In this document: positions 1-13,570 of the stretch, piece by piece
Layout of the letters: each line of letters begins with the position of its first letter
Numbering within the stretch: the stretch's first letter is position 1
Source of the DNA: Carcharhinus longimanus
Lineage: Eukaryota
Assembly: GCA_030264375.1 (NCBI GenBank)
Contig: JASCQW010000139.1
Span: 35,016,251-35,080,250, forward strand
Direction of reading: 5' to 3'
DNA length: 64,000 bases
Made by a program: the position numbers and the translations under genes
The notes under the pieces: model-generated
What the model saw: the letters and a program-made list of their open reading frames with translations, nothing else
Databases searched by the model: none
Told to the model about the DNA's origin: nothing

Positions 1-78
1 TGATCTTATTGAATGGCGGGGCAGGCTCGAAGGGCTAGATGGCATACTCCTGCTCCTATTTCTTATGTTCTTATGTTA
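1..78 (+). mobile_element. 3' end of a CR1-clade LINE
   Basis: GAATGGCGGGGCAGGCTCGAAGGGC...ACTCCTGCTCCTATTTCTTATGTTCTTATGTT is a typical CR1 3' UTR with a short tandem tail, like the tails near 11240 and 29990. Confidence 0.75.
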
Positions 79-142
79 CTTGGTATCCCATATGTTTTTG
101 TCTTATGTAGGCCCTAATGTTGTAACCTCTTTTTATTTTCAG

Positions 143-273
143 GGAGCTACACACAGACATGCCAGACGTGGAGACCAATCCTCCCTGGAACATCAGAAAT
201 GCACAGATTTTTTGTCGGTGGCTTGCTTGAGCTTGAAGATATGACTTACATCCGGACACCAAGCACATTCAGG
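143..273 (+). CDS. MKS1: MKS1 (Meckel syndrome type 1, B9-domain ciliary transition-zone protein), internal coding exon; earlier exons lie upstream of the window
   Basis: ttttcag|GG...AGG|gtaagt. Translates (G)SYTQTCQTWRPILPGTSEMHRFFVGGLLELEDMTYIRTPSTFR, matching recalled human MKS1 GSHTLTVSTWRP...[24 protein letters not shown]. Confidence 0.92.
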
Positions 274-1559
274 GTAAGTGTAGGAAATAACTGGAGGGAT
301 GTGAAATTCTTGATCAACAAAAAATGACACCATCCCCTCGCTCACTCACAGACTCGCTCAGATTGTAAAGTTCATCCTGTATTGTACTGATCAGTTCAGA
401 GCAGAAAGGTCTTGGTTTCGATCCCTTGCCTGTGCTGCAGCAGTAAATTCTAGCCAGGGTTTTGACTGGGGTGCTGCAGTCAATCTCATTTTCCAAGGGG
501 CGGGAGAAGAAAAGTCAGCTGTAATTCCTGCTCCTATTTGTTTTCCAGCAACCATTGCTATAGAAACGATTCATTATATGCTGGCTGTGGAGGGATTGGA
601 TTTGACTCTGCAGATGTTCACAATTATGACCACGTTGCCTTACCCAAGGGAAGATGGTGCCTTCTGTAGACGAGAGAAGAAAATGGACAGCAAAAATTAA
701 GAGAAAATTCCCAATCTGTTAATGAATATCCAACCTCCTGGATTGAGTAGTGTATTGTTATCTCAGGGCACCGATTGGATTCGTTATGGAGAAGGGACCA
801 GCAGTTATTAGAACCCGCTTCTATGTTGAGCTGCTGGTCTGCTTCTGTTCAATCTCTGGATGCTAGCTTGCACTTGCCCCATTCTGTTCATTGGCTCCAC
901 GTTTTTGATGACTTTTTCAAGATCATTTACAATTGACAGCTTAAACTTGGTGTGGATTTTTTAAAATTTTCATTTTACTATTAACTAAAAAAGATGCGCA
1001 GGACTTTGGGCATGAGATTGAAAGTGGATAGTGTGTGGGGCTGAGGGTGTGTGCAGGGTGGGTGGGGAGTGCTGTAGACGGGATGATCCAAAGACAAAAG
1101 AGGATTTCACTCCTGATTACTAAAGCCTTCACTGTTGTTCAGTTAGTTCCATGGATCATCCCAGAGTTCTATGAATTGTAGAATCATTAAGTAGGTTTGG
1201 TCTGACTTTGGGGTCTGCTTACAAATATCCTACTAGTTATTCCCAGATGCTAGAGATCTGTGTTCTGAAAATAATTGGGATGTATATTCTACCCTTCATT
1301 TACTAGTGGGCAATTATTGTGTAGAGATGGTGTTACTTGATCCCTTCTCTCTGGCTCTGAATAATAAAAGTATTTCAACTAAACAAACATCATGAAAAGC
1401 AATTACCTGATGTATTGATATGAAAGGCTGGTGGACTGTGTTCAAGTGCAAGGGGGACGAAGAAATGGTTTGTTATGCAAAGTATTCACGTAATTGTCTC
1501 AGGACCTTACTGTGGATATTTCCTTTGACGTTGACTAGTTGTGACTGAAAACTGATTTA

Positions 1560-2150
1560 AAGGTAGGATTGCCATGCCACTTCTGGAAATTTCCCTGCCT
1601 ATCTGTATATTCCACCTGCCCAAACCACGATGATATAGTGTCACGCTACCCATTTCCTTGAGTACTTCCCTTTTTTCAAACATCTCACCTTGTGTCATCC
1701 CCTCATTTCTTTTAAAATCTTCAATGTTTATCCTCCCCAAGACCACCCTGTTTCTCCTGGATATCCTCTGTTCTTCCCTCCCTCAACCTCTGGACTGAAC
1801 AACTGCTTGTCTGTGATACCATCTCTCCTTGCCCTGTCTCCTTTGATTCACTGCCCTCCTAAAACTACTTTCTGCACCTCCACACTATCTTCTTTCCCTC
1901 TGCACCCTTGCATTGTCAGACTGCTACCCTGCAGAAAAAATTGGAATTGGAGGAGGCACCATTCCCTCCAGCTAATCATTCAGAAAACCAAAGCAAATCC
2001 CTTCAAATCTTGCAATAACTCTTGTCTTCCTCCTCAACCACTGTCTCAGGCTAAGCTGCAATCTACTCATTATATACTATTCCAAGCTGAGCTCCATATC
2101 GCAAAAACAGCCTCGTAACATCTCCCATCCCTGCTTCAGCCAATTTGTTG
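1560..2150 (+). mobile_element. Highly degraded L2/CR1-like LINE fragment
   Basis: Pyrimidine-rich LINE ORF2-like sequence, similar to 40590-40900. Confidence 0.4.
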
Positions 2151-2849
2151 GAATCTTTATTCATGTCTTGGTCATCTCTTGATGACTTGATTATTACACT
2201 GCTCCCCTGTTCTATACCCCGTTTGGAGTGAACTGCAGCCACCAACTGCATCAGCAGGTGATGGATAGCTGGAACAATCTTGAGATAAGGAAGTTTCCTG
2301 CTAAATAAGTACAAGTTCTATTGCAGCGGCATGGTGTCTAGTGGAAGGTAGAGACTCTACCTCATTCAAAATGCCCATAGCCCTCATGTGACACAGCAAG
2401 CAGGAACCTCCATTCAGTATGCCCTACCACAACAAAATTCTTCAGCAGTGTATCAGCTGATGGCTGTGCAGGCAGACGAAGGGTTGCAGAGGATTCTGTC
2501 CTTAATTATACAGGCTTACTTGATCAGTGCATTCAGGTAACGCCCTGCCAAAACAGTGTAGGGCGTGCTGTGTAAAAAGCCCCTCTCTTTAAAAGACACC
2601 ATCACAGACCCTCCACTTTTGGTAAACTTTGGCTCAATTCAAACTTTGACCATATCCTGTCCTACACCAAATCCTCCTCCTCCATTAACCCTATCCTGAC
2701 TGAAAGTTTGCTCCATTTCCTAGCACTGCAAGTTTAAAATTCTTGTGTTTGTCCTTTTGTGTCCTCAATTCTTCCCATCTCTGTAACTTCCTCCTGTTCT
2801 ATGACTATGCTCTCCAACAAATTTCCCTCTGATTGTGACCCAAGACATT

Positions 2850-3290
2850 TTAGAACATAGAACATTACAGCGCAGAACAGGCCCTTCGNNNNNNNNNNNN
2901 NNNNNNNNNNNNNNNNNNNNNNNNNNNNNNNNNNNNNNNNNNNNNNNNNNNNNNNNNNNNNNNNNNNNNNNNNNNNNNNNNNNNNNNNTAACACCTTACC
3001 CCCAACTCCGTGCACCCTAACCTTCTGTAGCAACCTTTTATGAGGCACCTTATCAAACGCCTTTTAGAAATCTAAAAACACCACATCCACCGGTTCCCCT
3101 CTGTCTACCGCACTAGTTATATCCTCATAGAAATCCAATAAATTCATTAAACACGACTTCCCCTTAACGAATCCGTGCTGTGTCTGCTCGATCAAACCAT
3201 ACTTTTCTTGGTGCCTTGCTATTTCTTCTTTGATGGATTCTAGCATTTTTCCAACTACGATGATGGATTCTAGCATTTTTCCAACTACAT
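2850..3290 (-). mobile_element. 5'-truncated CR1 LINE (RT fragment plus 3' tail, split by a 100-N gap)
   Basis: Minus ORFs GKMLESI...QHGFVKGKSCLMNLLDFYEDITSAVDRGEPVDVVFLDF and PHKRLLQKVRVHGVGG; tail agaacatagaaca at about 2852. Confidence 0.9.
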
Positions 3291-3470
3291 TAAAGATGCT
3301 CATAAATGCAAATTGTTAACAAAGGGAAGGAGGAGGATGTGATTTATGAACAGTTAATATCATCATAAGAGGATGATATAAAATACACAGGATGATATAA
3401 TTGGGTGGTGGAACGGTATGGAATGTGACCAAAGGGTAGGTGAAATTAAATTCTCGTATTTGCATTTCAG

Positions 3471-3553
3471 GGAGAGAGATTGAGTCGATTTGGTTTCAGA
3501 ACAGCAACCACAGGAACTGTTACAATCAAGCTTTATTGCATGCAGCAGTGCAG
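3471..3553 (+). CDS. MKS1: MKS1 coding exon
   Basis: tttcag|GGA...AG|gtgagt. [27 protein letters not shown](R) versus human [28 protein letters not shown]. Phase 0 to 2 fits both neighbours. Confidence 0.95.
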
Positions 3554-4897
3554 GTGAGTGAAACTGAGATGTCTGGATACCAGACAAATTGGGTGACTTG
3601 AGTTGCTGGACCAGGTGAGTGATGTTTACCAACTAGGAGTTGGTACCCCTGATTACCTCTCCAGTTATGATTTGGGAGTTATTAACTGTATGGAGTGTGC
3701 GGACTGAATAATCTGACCAGTCAGCACTCCAGCTGATTGTATTTTGTGATTGGATGGGGCTAGTAGGAGATGTTGCACATGAGTGAAGTCTGCAAAGTTA
3801 AGAGCAAGCAAGCAAGGATGGACGTTTTTTAACTCAGTAAAAAAAGGTAGTTTAAGGCCTTCCTGCTGTAATTGTTGGGTAAGGCACGGCTCTGAAACTG
3901 AGCCTTGCAAATCAGGAAATCCCAGATACAGTGCCTGCTCTGTACCGAGACAATGAGCTGCTGGGTGACATGGTGGCACTCCAAGGGTGGGTTCTGCATA
4001 TAGAAATCATGGCGTTCAGTCTTGCTGTTGGTGCATGCCCAATAATACAGTAATTGCTGTGAATTAGTGGCGAAGTTGGATTACAGAGTGACATCCTGCA
4101 CAGTGAGTTCTGGAGGGTGGGATATCCAGCCTCTAAGGCTGCAGGCTATTACCCAGAACATGGTAACAGCCAGAACTTTAAAGGGCCTGCTGGGATGGGT
4201 CAGTGTCAGGTGACCCATTAGATAATCACTTGAGTGCATCTCCTGTACATGGTGAAGATTTGGACATTTTCCAGTCTGGCCAAGTAAGTCATTTTAAATT
4301 GTAGCTAATCTCTGCCAGCCATGTCAATCATCATTGGTGGCAGAAATATTAAAAATTTCTCCCACTTTATTTCATTGAGGAGGCGTACATTCATTAGAAC
4401 AGCGAGGTGGTTTGTCTTTGACTGGGGCAGACTTAATGGGCTGAAGAATCTTTTTCTGTGTTGTATACCTCTATGACTCTTACATATTTCCGTGTACAGA
4501 TGTCTGTGCAATTAGTGCGAGGGGAGAGGGGCAAAGCTGTCTTCAGATTTAGTGAGGCTGCGCTTGGTGTGCTCCTGCTTATAGCATCCAGACTTCATTA
4601 AACCCTTTCTGTAGCAATGGCAGGACGAGAGATAGAAAGCTTTGCCATATTGAGGCATCCTTAGTGTCTTGGCGATCCACTTGATCAAGCCAGGGCCATC
4701 AGCAGGAGCATCTCTCTGAGAAAATTCAGTAGGAAATGTAGCAAAGGGATAATAAAGGCGTAGTGTTATAGTGCCACTTGGATGGCTGTCACTGCTGCTA
4801 AGCTACTGAGGCAATGGCTGGTGACTATATGCCATGTTTATTAAATTGAAGTTTGTGCTGTGAATGAATCTATTGAGTTTATGTTGTGTTTTTATAG

Positions 4898-4995
4898 GGC
4901 TTTTCTTGATTCAAGCATGGCAAAGAGGAGATCACAGAATGTTCTGGAACGTATGGGAGGACTTTCTCATCAGGCGTCCCTTCACTCTGTGATAG
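4898..4995 (+). CDS. MKS1: MKS1 penultimate coding exon
   Basis: tttatag|G...G|gtatgt. AFLDSSMAKRRSQNVLERMGGLSHQASLHSVI versus human [32 protein letters not shown]. Phase 2 to 1. Confidence 0.93.
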
Positions 4996-5799
4996 GTATG
5001 TGATAGTTGAAGTACGACCATATGGCAAGACTGCGCGTGACAGTTCAACATTAACATTTGATCAATAGTGTTTATTTGTGACGTGGAAAATTACTGCTTA
5101 AGTATCAGATTTCTTTGTTATTTTTGTATTTTGTGAGTGGGTTGTGCCATGTTATTGCACCGCTGTGTGTTAGAATGTGTCTATGCCCTGTTGGTGTAAG
5201 GCACTGAGTATTCTGGGATTTTGATAGGGCATTGTAATAGGAACCATCCCATTTTGTCTGGAAATCTAGGGTTGAATTTTAGCTAGGTTGGGTGGGGATT
5301 AAAGTCTCCTCTGCCTGCTTACTGTAACGGTCCGAGGCATTGTTGATGCTAAGTTGTGTGGCCACACAGTGGCCTCAGAGGTGCCACACAGGCTTTGTTC
5401 TGTGAGGAATAACGTGCGCATGGTTAGATTTAAAGAGACCACACACTGAAAAAATTGCCACATGCAACAGCAACAACATTTAAAAGGAAACATTGGTCCC
5501 AGGTAAGCTGAGTTTAGTTTATTGTGGCCAGTGGTACAGCATATAAATGTCCTAGATTTATGCTAACTTCACAGTCTTGCTTTGAAATCTCAGAAAGGGT
5601 GCTGTGGGAAATATAAAAGACCCTGACTCATGCATTGGGAAATATTCTCAGGTTGGAACAAGGCACCTTACAGCTTTTTCCTTCCACTGTGTGAAAGGAA
5701 TCACTATGTTATTCTCTAATAAGGTAACAGTTTGAAAAGATTTTATGAATTTTTCATTTCCATACATCTCCATTGTATGTTTGTCTTTTCTTCACTCAG

Positions 5800-5894
5800 C
5801 GGCATTTGAGCGAGCTCAGCAACGTATGCATGAAGCACGAGAGAACCTTTCAAAAGACCTGCTGCACACATCTATACTTCTGCAGTCTGACTGA
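5800..5894 (+). CDS. MKS1: MKS1 last coding exon with stop codon
   Basis: cactcag|CG GCA TTT... gives (A)AFERAQQRMHEARENLSKDLLHTSILLQSD* (TGA 5892-5894), versus human [21 protein letters not shown]. Confidence 0.93.
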
Positions 5895-6554
5895 NNNNNN
5901 NNNNCTCCGTTGTCCTGGCCTGTGATGTGGGCTGAGAAGTTAAACTGACTGAAATCCAATATGTAGCATAATTGGAGGAGCAACCTCAGGAGCTTGCATT
6001 AATTCAAGCTGGAACATTTTGCCGTGACTCTGCATCTATTTTGAATAGTACTGTGAATGAAGTAATGCCTCACTGAGACAGCTGCAGATTCATAAAGTCA
6101 AGACTTACTAGCTGGGCCAGTGCTTCTACTATTCAGCGTCACGTGTAAGTCATGATAAGGAAGAGCAAAACAAGTCCAAGCTCAAGTAAGCTATCCTGCA
6201 GGATATTCATTAACCCTGGACAGCACTGCTAAATGTTTCAGAGAATCCTTTACACAGAACTCGGGGTTACAGACACCACTCCAAGTAGTATATATCTATA
6301 CAAACCAGAAGGTATTATTTTTGATTCCTGGTTAGTGCTGAACTAAGTGATTTCATTAGTAGCATGAGGGACACTACAAAGCAGGGGGAAGAAGAAAATT
6401 CAAATGGTTTTCCCCTCTGTGGTCCAAGAACTCTTTGTGAAGATAGATGCACATCTGAATGTTGGATAAACACAGTATTTGTCTCAGCCCTCTGTGGTAT
6501 AAAGGCTTTCCAACTTACACATTCTGGGCCACAGCTGAAGAACATCAAGTTGAG

Positions 6555-6842
6555 AAAGACCATAGTCATACAGCACAGAAACAGGCCCTTTGAGCCACTA
6601 TGTCTATGCCAACCATCAAATGCCAATCTATACTAATTCCATTTACCAGCACTTGGACCATAGCCTGCTATGTTTTGGTGATTTATGTGTTTGGCCAAAT
6701 GCTTCTTAGATGTTGAGAGAATACTTGCCTCCACCAGCCTCTCAGGCAGCATGTTCCATATTTCCACATCCTCTGGGTAAAAACATTTTTCCTCAGATCC
6801 CCTCTTAACTACTTCTCACCTTAAACTATGCCCTCTGGTCTT
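6555..6842 (-). mobile_element. CR1 LINE 3' fragment
   Basis: Minus strand reads ...KTRGHSLR; 3' UTR resembles the reverse complement of 10260-10540. Confidence 0.75.
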
Positions 6843-9254
6843 NNNNNNNNNNNNNNNNNNNNNNNNNNNNNNNNNNNNNNNNNNNNNNNNNNNNNNNNNN
6901 NNNNNNNNNNNNNNNNNNNNNNNNNNNNNNNNNNNNNNNNNNCCCCCCCCCCCCCCCCCAACCTCTCCTCCCCCCCCACCTCTCTTCTTGTGTTGAGAAA
7001 GCAATTCTGGATTCTGTTTACTCAGTTTTGTGGGCAGTTTGATTTTTTGCAATCTAACTGCCTAATTGGCTTACAAGTGCTTGACATAGTTGGTTTGCAG
7101 TTGGTTAACTGAACAATCCTTATGAGTCATTCATCAGTTTCCAGCTGTTAGATTGTGAATTGAGGGTTCTGTTCAAAAACTGTGTAATGGGATAAGATGA
7201 GACAGTGGGGAAGAGATGTCTAAAGTGATCAGAAAGTTCAACTGTTTATAGATGAGCCATTGATTGCATGGAAAGCACCAGGACAAGAATTTTTGGGACA
7301 GGCAGATATTTTAGCCTTCTTCTTCTGGACTAGACCTGCCTCCACTTCCGACCCCTGGCAGCAGGCCTGCCTCCAGGTTATTTAGTGGAATCCTGGAATA
7401 TTCTACAACTGTCAATCTCAAGGTGAAGACAGGATTGTGATGGTGGGATTAAGCCCATTTCCCAATTCCCACCTTGGGATTCCCACCTCCGAAAAGAAAA
7501 TCTGGCCCAAGGTCCAAGATGAGTTCAGCAGGCTTGTATTATTGCCCAATTTCCAGCCACAGATCAACATGGCCCAGCATGTTAATTGATACAGCAGGCA
7601 AGTTGCACCAAAATTTAGCCAGATCTTCCCATTGGTAAATTATGTCAAAATATGTTGAGAATCTCCTTAAAATACAGTATGGCATATAGTAATAACATGT
7701 AAAATAAATGGAATTTAGCTTAACCAAATAAAGCTTGTGTTAAATACCAAACTTCTGCTATATTTGTAAGTCCCTCTATGGATGAAAATGAAAACCATTT
7801 GAATTTTTCATATTGACTCTGATGTCACGAAGGTCCATTCAAAGATACAAAAATACATTTGTAATCTTGATGAGGAGAAGAAATATTGGAGAAATAAAAA
7901 AACAATTGCCTTAAAATACCAGAAATATGATCAATCCCATTTCAGTCAATATTAGATCAGGTGAATTGAGGAGCCTTGCTTGCATTGCACTTGTGTGGGG
8001 ACACATCTATGTTGAGAAGCAGCTTTGGTATTTTGCACAATCATCATAGATGATCGAGAAATTGTGGACATGATATAATTTGTCAACTTTTTTTGTGCTC
8101 CACTTTGTTACACTTTTTTGGTACAAATATACAGGGAATCCCTGACCGTTGTATCAACGTATTAACCATGCTGTTACAGGTGTTTTCTGTCTAAACTGAA
8201 GGATTGAGGCAGTTTTTAACCCGTTAGGTCCATAGAATTCAAATTTGCTAATAAACTTAGTATTGCATTAATTAAAGAAATTGACCATACTATTTACATA
8301 AATACCTAAATCCAAGCCCCTTACCCTTAGCTCCTTCTGGAAATATTTGTAAGTAGCATGTGGTGACGTTTGATGTATTTTGGTTGCTACTGTACTAATT
8401 TGAGGGACCTCTGTTACAATCACAATCATATCTGCAAAGATATAGCCAGACGTTCACAAGCGACACACAATTAACTCAGATTCCGGGTTAATGATGATGC
8501 TGTTAGCAATTTAAATTAATGTGCCAAGCTGATCAGGAATCAAAGCTCTCATTGTACACTTGGTGGAATGAGTGTTTTTTTTGGATTCTATGATTAGAAT
8601 ATGCACCATATGCAGTTGATTAGCTAATACAGATAATTCAACAAAACATTTATTTCGGATACGTGATCAGCAATCATTATGAATTTGCCTCTTAAAAGTT
8701 TGTGCCATTAATAATATTTATCCTCATGAGATTGTGGGTTCAAGCTCCATAATTTAGGCAACACTAAATCAATAGAGTGCCACATGATTATATTTTGCAT
8801 GAGATGTTAAATTGAGACTACCTGCCTTTTAAAGTCAATGTATCTCAGTAACTACCTCCAATCTCAGAACTGTACTACTCAATTTCTAATTTTTTGTGCA
8901 TCCCTGACTTCTTTTGCTCCTTCACTGGTGGCCATGTCTTGAGCTGTCTAGGCCAGTAGGTGTTGAGAGAGATCTTACAAGATGTTGATGGTGCAAGGCT
9001 GGCCCACAGATGAGTGATCATCTGAGATGTCATGGTCAAGAGTAACAGAGTGAGTGGCTGCTGGAAATGAACTCTGTTCTGTCCCTGCACCTGCTCTCAT
9101 CAATATTTCCCATTGCTTATGTTCTCCCCTTGCTCCCTCCGGGTTTCTACTCTCCCTCCGCGTCCCTGCCAAGGTTAGGATAGACTTTGCAGCAAGAAGT
9201 ACACACTGGCAATTCACTGCAAACTGTAAATATGTTTTCTGAAAAACATGGTTC

Positions 9255-10540
9255 TAATACCAATGTTAGGGCAATGATTGGAAAAATCTGAGGGATAGAA
9301 TACATCTCCACTTGGATAGGTAAAAAATAATCAAGGATAGTCAGCATAGCTTTGTCAAGGGGAGATCATGTCTAACAAATTTGATTGCGTTTTCGAGGAG
9401 GTGGCTAGGTGTGTAAATGAGGGCAGTGCAGTTGCTGTTATCTACGTAGACTTCAGTAAGGCTTCTGACAAGGTCCTGCATGAGAGACTGATCAAGAAGA
9501 TAAAAGCCCATGGAATCCAAGGCAAAATGGATAAAAAAATTGGCTTAGTGGCAGGAGGCAGAGGGTGATGGTTGATTGTTTTTGTGACTGGAAGCCTGTT
9601 CAGTAGTAGATCAGTGCTGGGTCCCTTGCTGTTTGTAGTGCATATTAATAATCTAGACAAGCATGTGGGGAGTAAGTTTGCAGATGACAGAAAAATTGGT
9701 GGTGTGGTAAATAGTAAGGGGGAGAGCCTTGGATTTCAGAGGAATATAGATGGGCTGCATAAATGCCAAATGGAACTTAACTCTGAAAAGTGTGAGGTGA
9801 TGCATTTTGTGAGGACTAACAAAACAAGGGAATAAACAATGAACAGGAAGACACTAGGAAGTACAGAGGACTAGTGAGACCTTGGGGTGTATGTCCATAG
9901 ATCTCTGAAGGCAGCAGGTTTGGTAAATAAGGTGGTTAAGGAGACATATTAGCCAAGATATAGAATACAAAAGCAGTGAGATTACGATGGAACTGTATAA
10001 GGCACTTGTTAGGCCACAGCTAGATACAGTGTGAAGTTCTGGTTGCCACACTATTAGGAAGGATGTAATTGCAACTAGAAAAGGTGCACAAGAAAATCAC
10101 CAGGATGTTCCTGGGCTGGAGAATTTCATCCATGAAGAGAGGTTGAATGGGCTGGCATTGTTTTCCTTAGAGCAGAAAGATCTGATTGAGATGTACAAAA
10201 TTATGAGCGCCATAGAGGAGATAGTAAGAAATTTCTCCCCTTAGTAGAGCGATCAATTTTCAGAGGGCATAAATTTAAGGTAAGGGGAAGGAGATTTAGA
10301 GGGGATTTGAGGAAAAATCTTTTCACCCAGATGTGATGGGAATCTGGAACTCACTGATAGGGTGGTAGAGGTAGGAACCCTCAACATTTAAGAAGCATGT
10401 AGATGAGCACTTGAAATGGCACAGCATGCAAAGCTATGGACCAGGTGCTGAAAAATGAGATTACAATAGATAAGTGCTTGATGGCCAATGCAGACATGAT
10501 GAGCCATAGGGCCTCTTTCTGTGTCATAAAGCTCTGACTC
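9255..10540 (+). mobile_element. Degraded CR1 LINE (RT through 3' end)
   Basis: VIYVDFSKASDKVLHERLIKKIKAHGI; SVLGPLLFVVHINNLD...SKFADDRKIGG; NSEKCEVMHF; typical 3' UTR. Confidence 0.9.
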
Positions 10541-10874
10541 AGTGAATGCTTCACATGCAACACTTTCATCCAGGAGTAGGATATCATATTAGGAATACCA
10601 TGTAATGTGGTTAGGGTAGTCTGGTCACAGATTCATTTGACAAGAAGTCCTTCGATTAAAAACAATTTGAGAAGCATTGGTCTAGTCTCTGAGTTCCACA
10701 ATCCCTCCCTAAATCTATTTGCTCTATCCTGTCTGTGAGGACATTCCTTATACTGTATTAATATCAAATGACATGGTGCCAAATTTTGTTTGTGTCTTGG
10801 GATGTTGTACTATGTTCAAGGTGCTACATGAAAGCAAGTGTTGACAGGCTATGAATTTTATGGCGAGGAGGAAG

Positions 10875-11255
10875 ATATATAGAAACATATAATGTTATGA
10901 AGGGAATGGATGAGATAGAAGCAGGAAGGTTGTTTACACTGGAGGGTGAAACAAGAACTGGGGGCATAGCCTCAAAATAAGGGACAGGAAAGTTAGGACT
11001 GAGTTGAGGAGGTACTTCTTCACCCAAAGGGTTGTGAATCTGTGGAATTCCCTGTCCAGTGAAGCTGTTGAGGTTACCTTGTTAAATGTTTCTAAGGCAA
11101 GGATAGATATATTTTTGAACAATAAAGAAATTCAGTTATGATGAGCAGGTGGATGAGTCCACAAAAATATCAGCCATGATCTTGAATGGCAGAGTAAGCT
11201 CAAGGGGCCAGATGGCCTACTTCTGCTCCTAGTTCTTGTGTTTTTATGTTCTTTT
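10875..11255 (+). mobile_element. CR1 LINE 3' fragment
   Basis: ...TRTGGHSLK-like end, TTCTTCACCCAAAGGGTTGTGAATCTGTGGAATTC, and tail cctacttctgctcctagttcttgtgtttttatgttc. Confidence 0.8.
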
Positions 11256-12162
11256 ATTCTAAGAATAACTTCAATATTCCTAAAGAGAACAGAAGATACA
11301 AAGTTTATCAAAACTTCAAAATTGTGATTAAAATAGAAATCAAAATGAAAAGGTACTGCTCAGTCTGTTCACAGAAATGTCACATCCTCAAAATTAATTT
11401 CTCCGTGCCAAACTATGGCACTCCCACACACATTCACCCACAATGCATTGTATAGAAGCAATGTATTCTACATTGACGGTGGGGTGTGTTTTTTAACAAA
11501 CGTGGTTAATTGATAAAGTTTTCTTGAGGGAAAAAAAACTCCTTTTTACTACAGTCCAAAAACTTGTCAATAATCCAAATCCCTTAAAGTATCAATAGAA
11601 GAAACTGCAAACATCTGAAATCTACTTATCTTGTGTAAATAAATATTCTAAATTTGATAATATAGATCAGAGAGCATCAAGATGTCAATCAAGCAACATC
11701 TTCTCTGGGACTTAAGTGATTATATAACCTAATGGATTTATGGGCTCTCAGCTAAGCATTATTATGTATTCTTGGCTGAAAACACAAATTATTAGAGTTG
11801 GGATTAAAGATAGTGAATTAGTATTTCTACTGAGCTACAAGTTTGTGTTTAATGTCATATGGAAGAGGGAAGACAAAGCTATTTTTTAGGTCAGATTACA
11901 GATTTCCTTTAAGTCAATGAATATAAGTGGCAGCAGAGGTTCTGTTTGGTCAGCAGAGAGAAGAGGCTGTTAACTGTTTTTGGCTTGGCAAGCTACCACA
12001 GCCAAATGTGGGACAGACATGGCCTATCTTTGAGAAGATGCAGCTTTCTATGGATTCTGGGGGTTTTATCTGTATGATCAGGATAATGGGAACAGGCTTT
12101 ACTGTAGGTGATGGATTTAAGAAATTCTCTTAAAAACTAAACAAAGTGTAACATCCTAACTA

Positions 12163-12377
12163 TGTTAGGTGCTGTAGATTTTAACAGAAAGAAAGGAACA
12201 TAGCTTGCACATGTGGATTCAAAGTAACAACAACAGATTTATTGAAGAATTGTTTTCTGCATTGCACAGAATACAAACAAAGTAAAACAGCAGCCTGTGA
12301 CAACATCCTAATCACATCACCATCAAATCATGTAATCAAGTATTAAAGAAACTTAGAACCCTTTTACATATCTAACA
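12163..12377 (-). mobile_element. Candidate short solo LTR
   Basis: TGTTAG...CTAACA inverted termini 215 bp apart and a minus-strand AATAAA (tttatt near 12240). No clean target-site duplication. Confidence 0.45.
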
Positions 12378-13014
12378 AGAAGCACCTCAGGACAGTCACT
12401 CACAGTTACTACTCAACAAAATGAGAATGCAGGATCCCATAGGAAGTCGGGAACAACTGTGGACTGTTTGTGGCTAGGATGATGCAAATAAAAGGAAATG
12501 TTCCTTTCTGTAGTTTAAAATATAGTTTCCCTACAAAAAGAAAATTTTCTTAGCTATTATTTTCTATGGAGATTGCAACACTTCGAAAAAGTTTAAGTTC
12601 AGGCTTTAGAACTATTAGGCAGGAGCAAAATACACTGAATACTTCTTTAAAAAATTGAAAAAGTTGCTCATAAGAGAAATCAGTAAAAGCAAAATTGTAG
12701 AACAATCTATACTGATTTTGGGTACAGGCATTAAATTAAAATAATGAGCTTCTTCAGAGTGGCAATCAGCAGTGGATTGCTATTTTGTGCCGACTTCCCA
12801 GCTTAAATTCTAAAGCAGCTGTCTCGACTGACCTTTCTGATTCAGGCCAGGTGGGACTTGAGCAGTGGAGTGGCTCCTGAGCTCCAGCAGCAAAATGGGC
12901 AGACCAAATGAAGACACATCTCTTTTTACAGCACTGGCTGCCATAACAGGTGAGTTTAAAGGTCTGTTTGAAATGGAGGTGGTAAATTTCTAAGATCTAG
13001 GAATGGAGATTTGA

Positions 13015-13570
13015 ATGTTGGTGGGGTGGGGGATTTTGACATGGACGGACATTCAGACATGGGCATTGGAGGGTTTGAAAATTGGGGGATGGAGGGTCCA
13101 GACATTAGGGTGTTCGGTCATCAGAGGGTGGGGTATTCAGACATCAAGGTGTCAAGGTGAAGGAGTACTGGAAATGGGAAAGGTGGGGATGCCGGATGAT
13201 AGGGACAAGGGTTTAGACATTAGGGCAGAGGAGCCGATCAGCAGGGGAGTGGGGTTTAGACATGGGATGTGGGAGGATCTGACATGGAAGTGTGGAGCGT
13301 TTGGTCATAAGGGGCGTTCGGATTTGTGTGGGCCTGATGGATTCGGACATCTGGATGGCTGGGGATTCAAACATCATGGGGAATTGGATGTTGGGGGGAG
13401 CAGTTGGCCATTGGGGAGAGNNNNNNNNNNNNNNNNNNNNNNNNNNNNNNNNNNNNNNNNNNNNNNNNNNNNNNNNNNNNNNNNNNNNNNNNNNNNNNNN
13501 NNNNNNNNNNNNNNNNNNNNGGGAATTGGCTGTTGGGGGGAGCAGTTGGCCATTGGGGAGAGTTAGATAT
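13015..13570. repeat. G-rich degenerate minisatellite
   Basis: About a dozen variants of GGATTCAGACAT separated by G runs. A ~40-bp unit (gggaattgg.tgttggggggagcagttggccattggggagag) occurs on both sides of the N gap. Confidence 0.7.

Noticed and set aside
767-812. AG-flanked segment GTDWIRYGEG as a candidate MKS1 exon
   Set aside because: Ends in an in-frame stop; the true exon is at 3471-3553.
8491-8533. C-box/D-box-like ATGATGA...CTGA
   Set aside because: Too short for a C/D snoRNA, not intronic, and without a convincing terminal stem.
12932-12949. Apparent 18-nt micro-exon (tttttacag|CACTGGCTGCCATAACAG|gtgagt)
   Set aside because: Intergenic, downstream of the MKS1 stop, with no partner exons, and apparently inside a repeat-like region.
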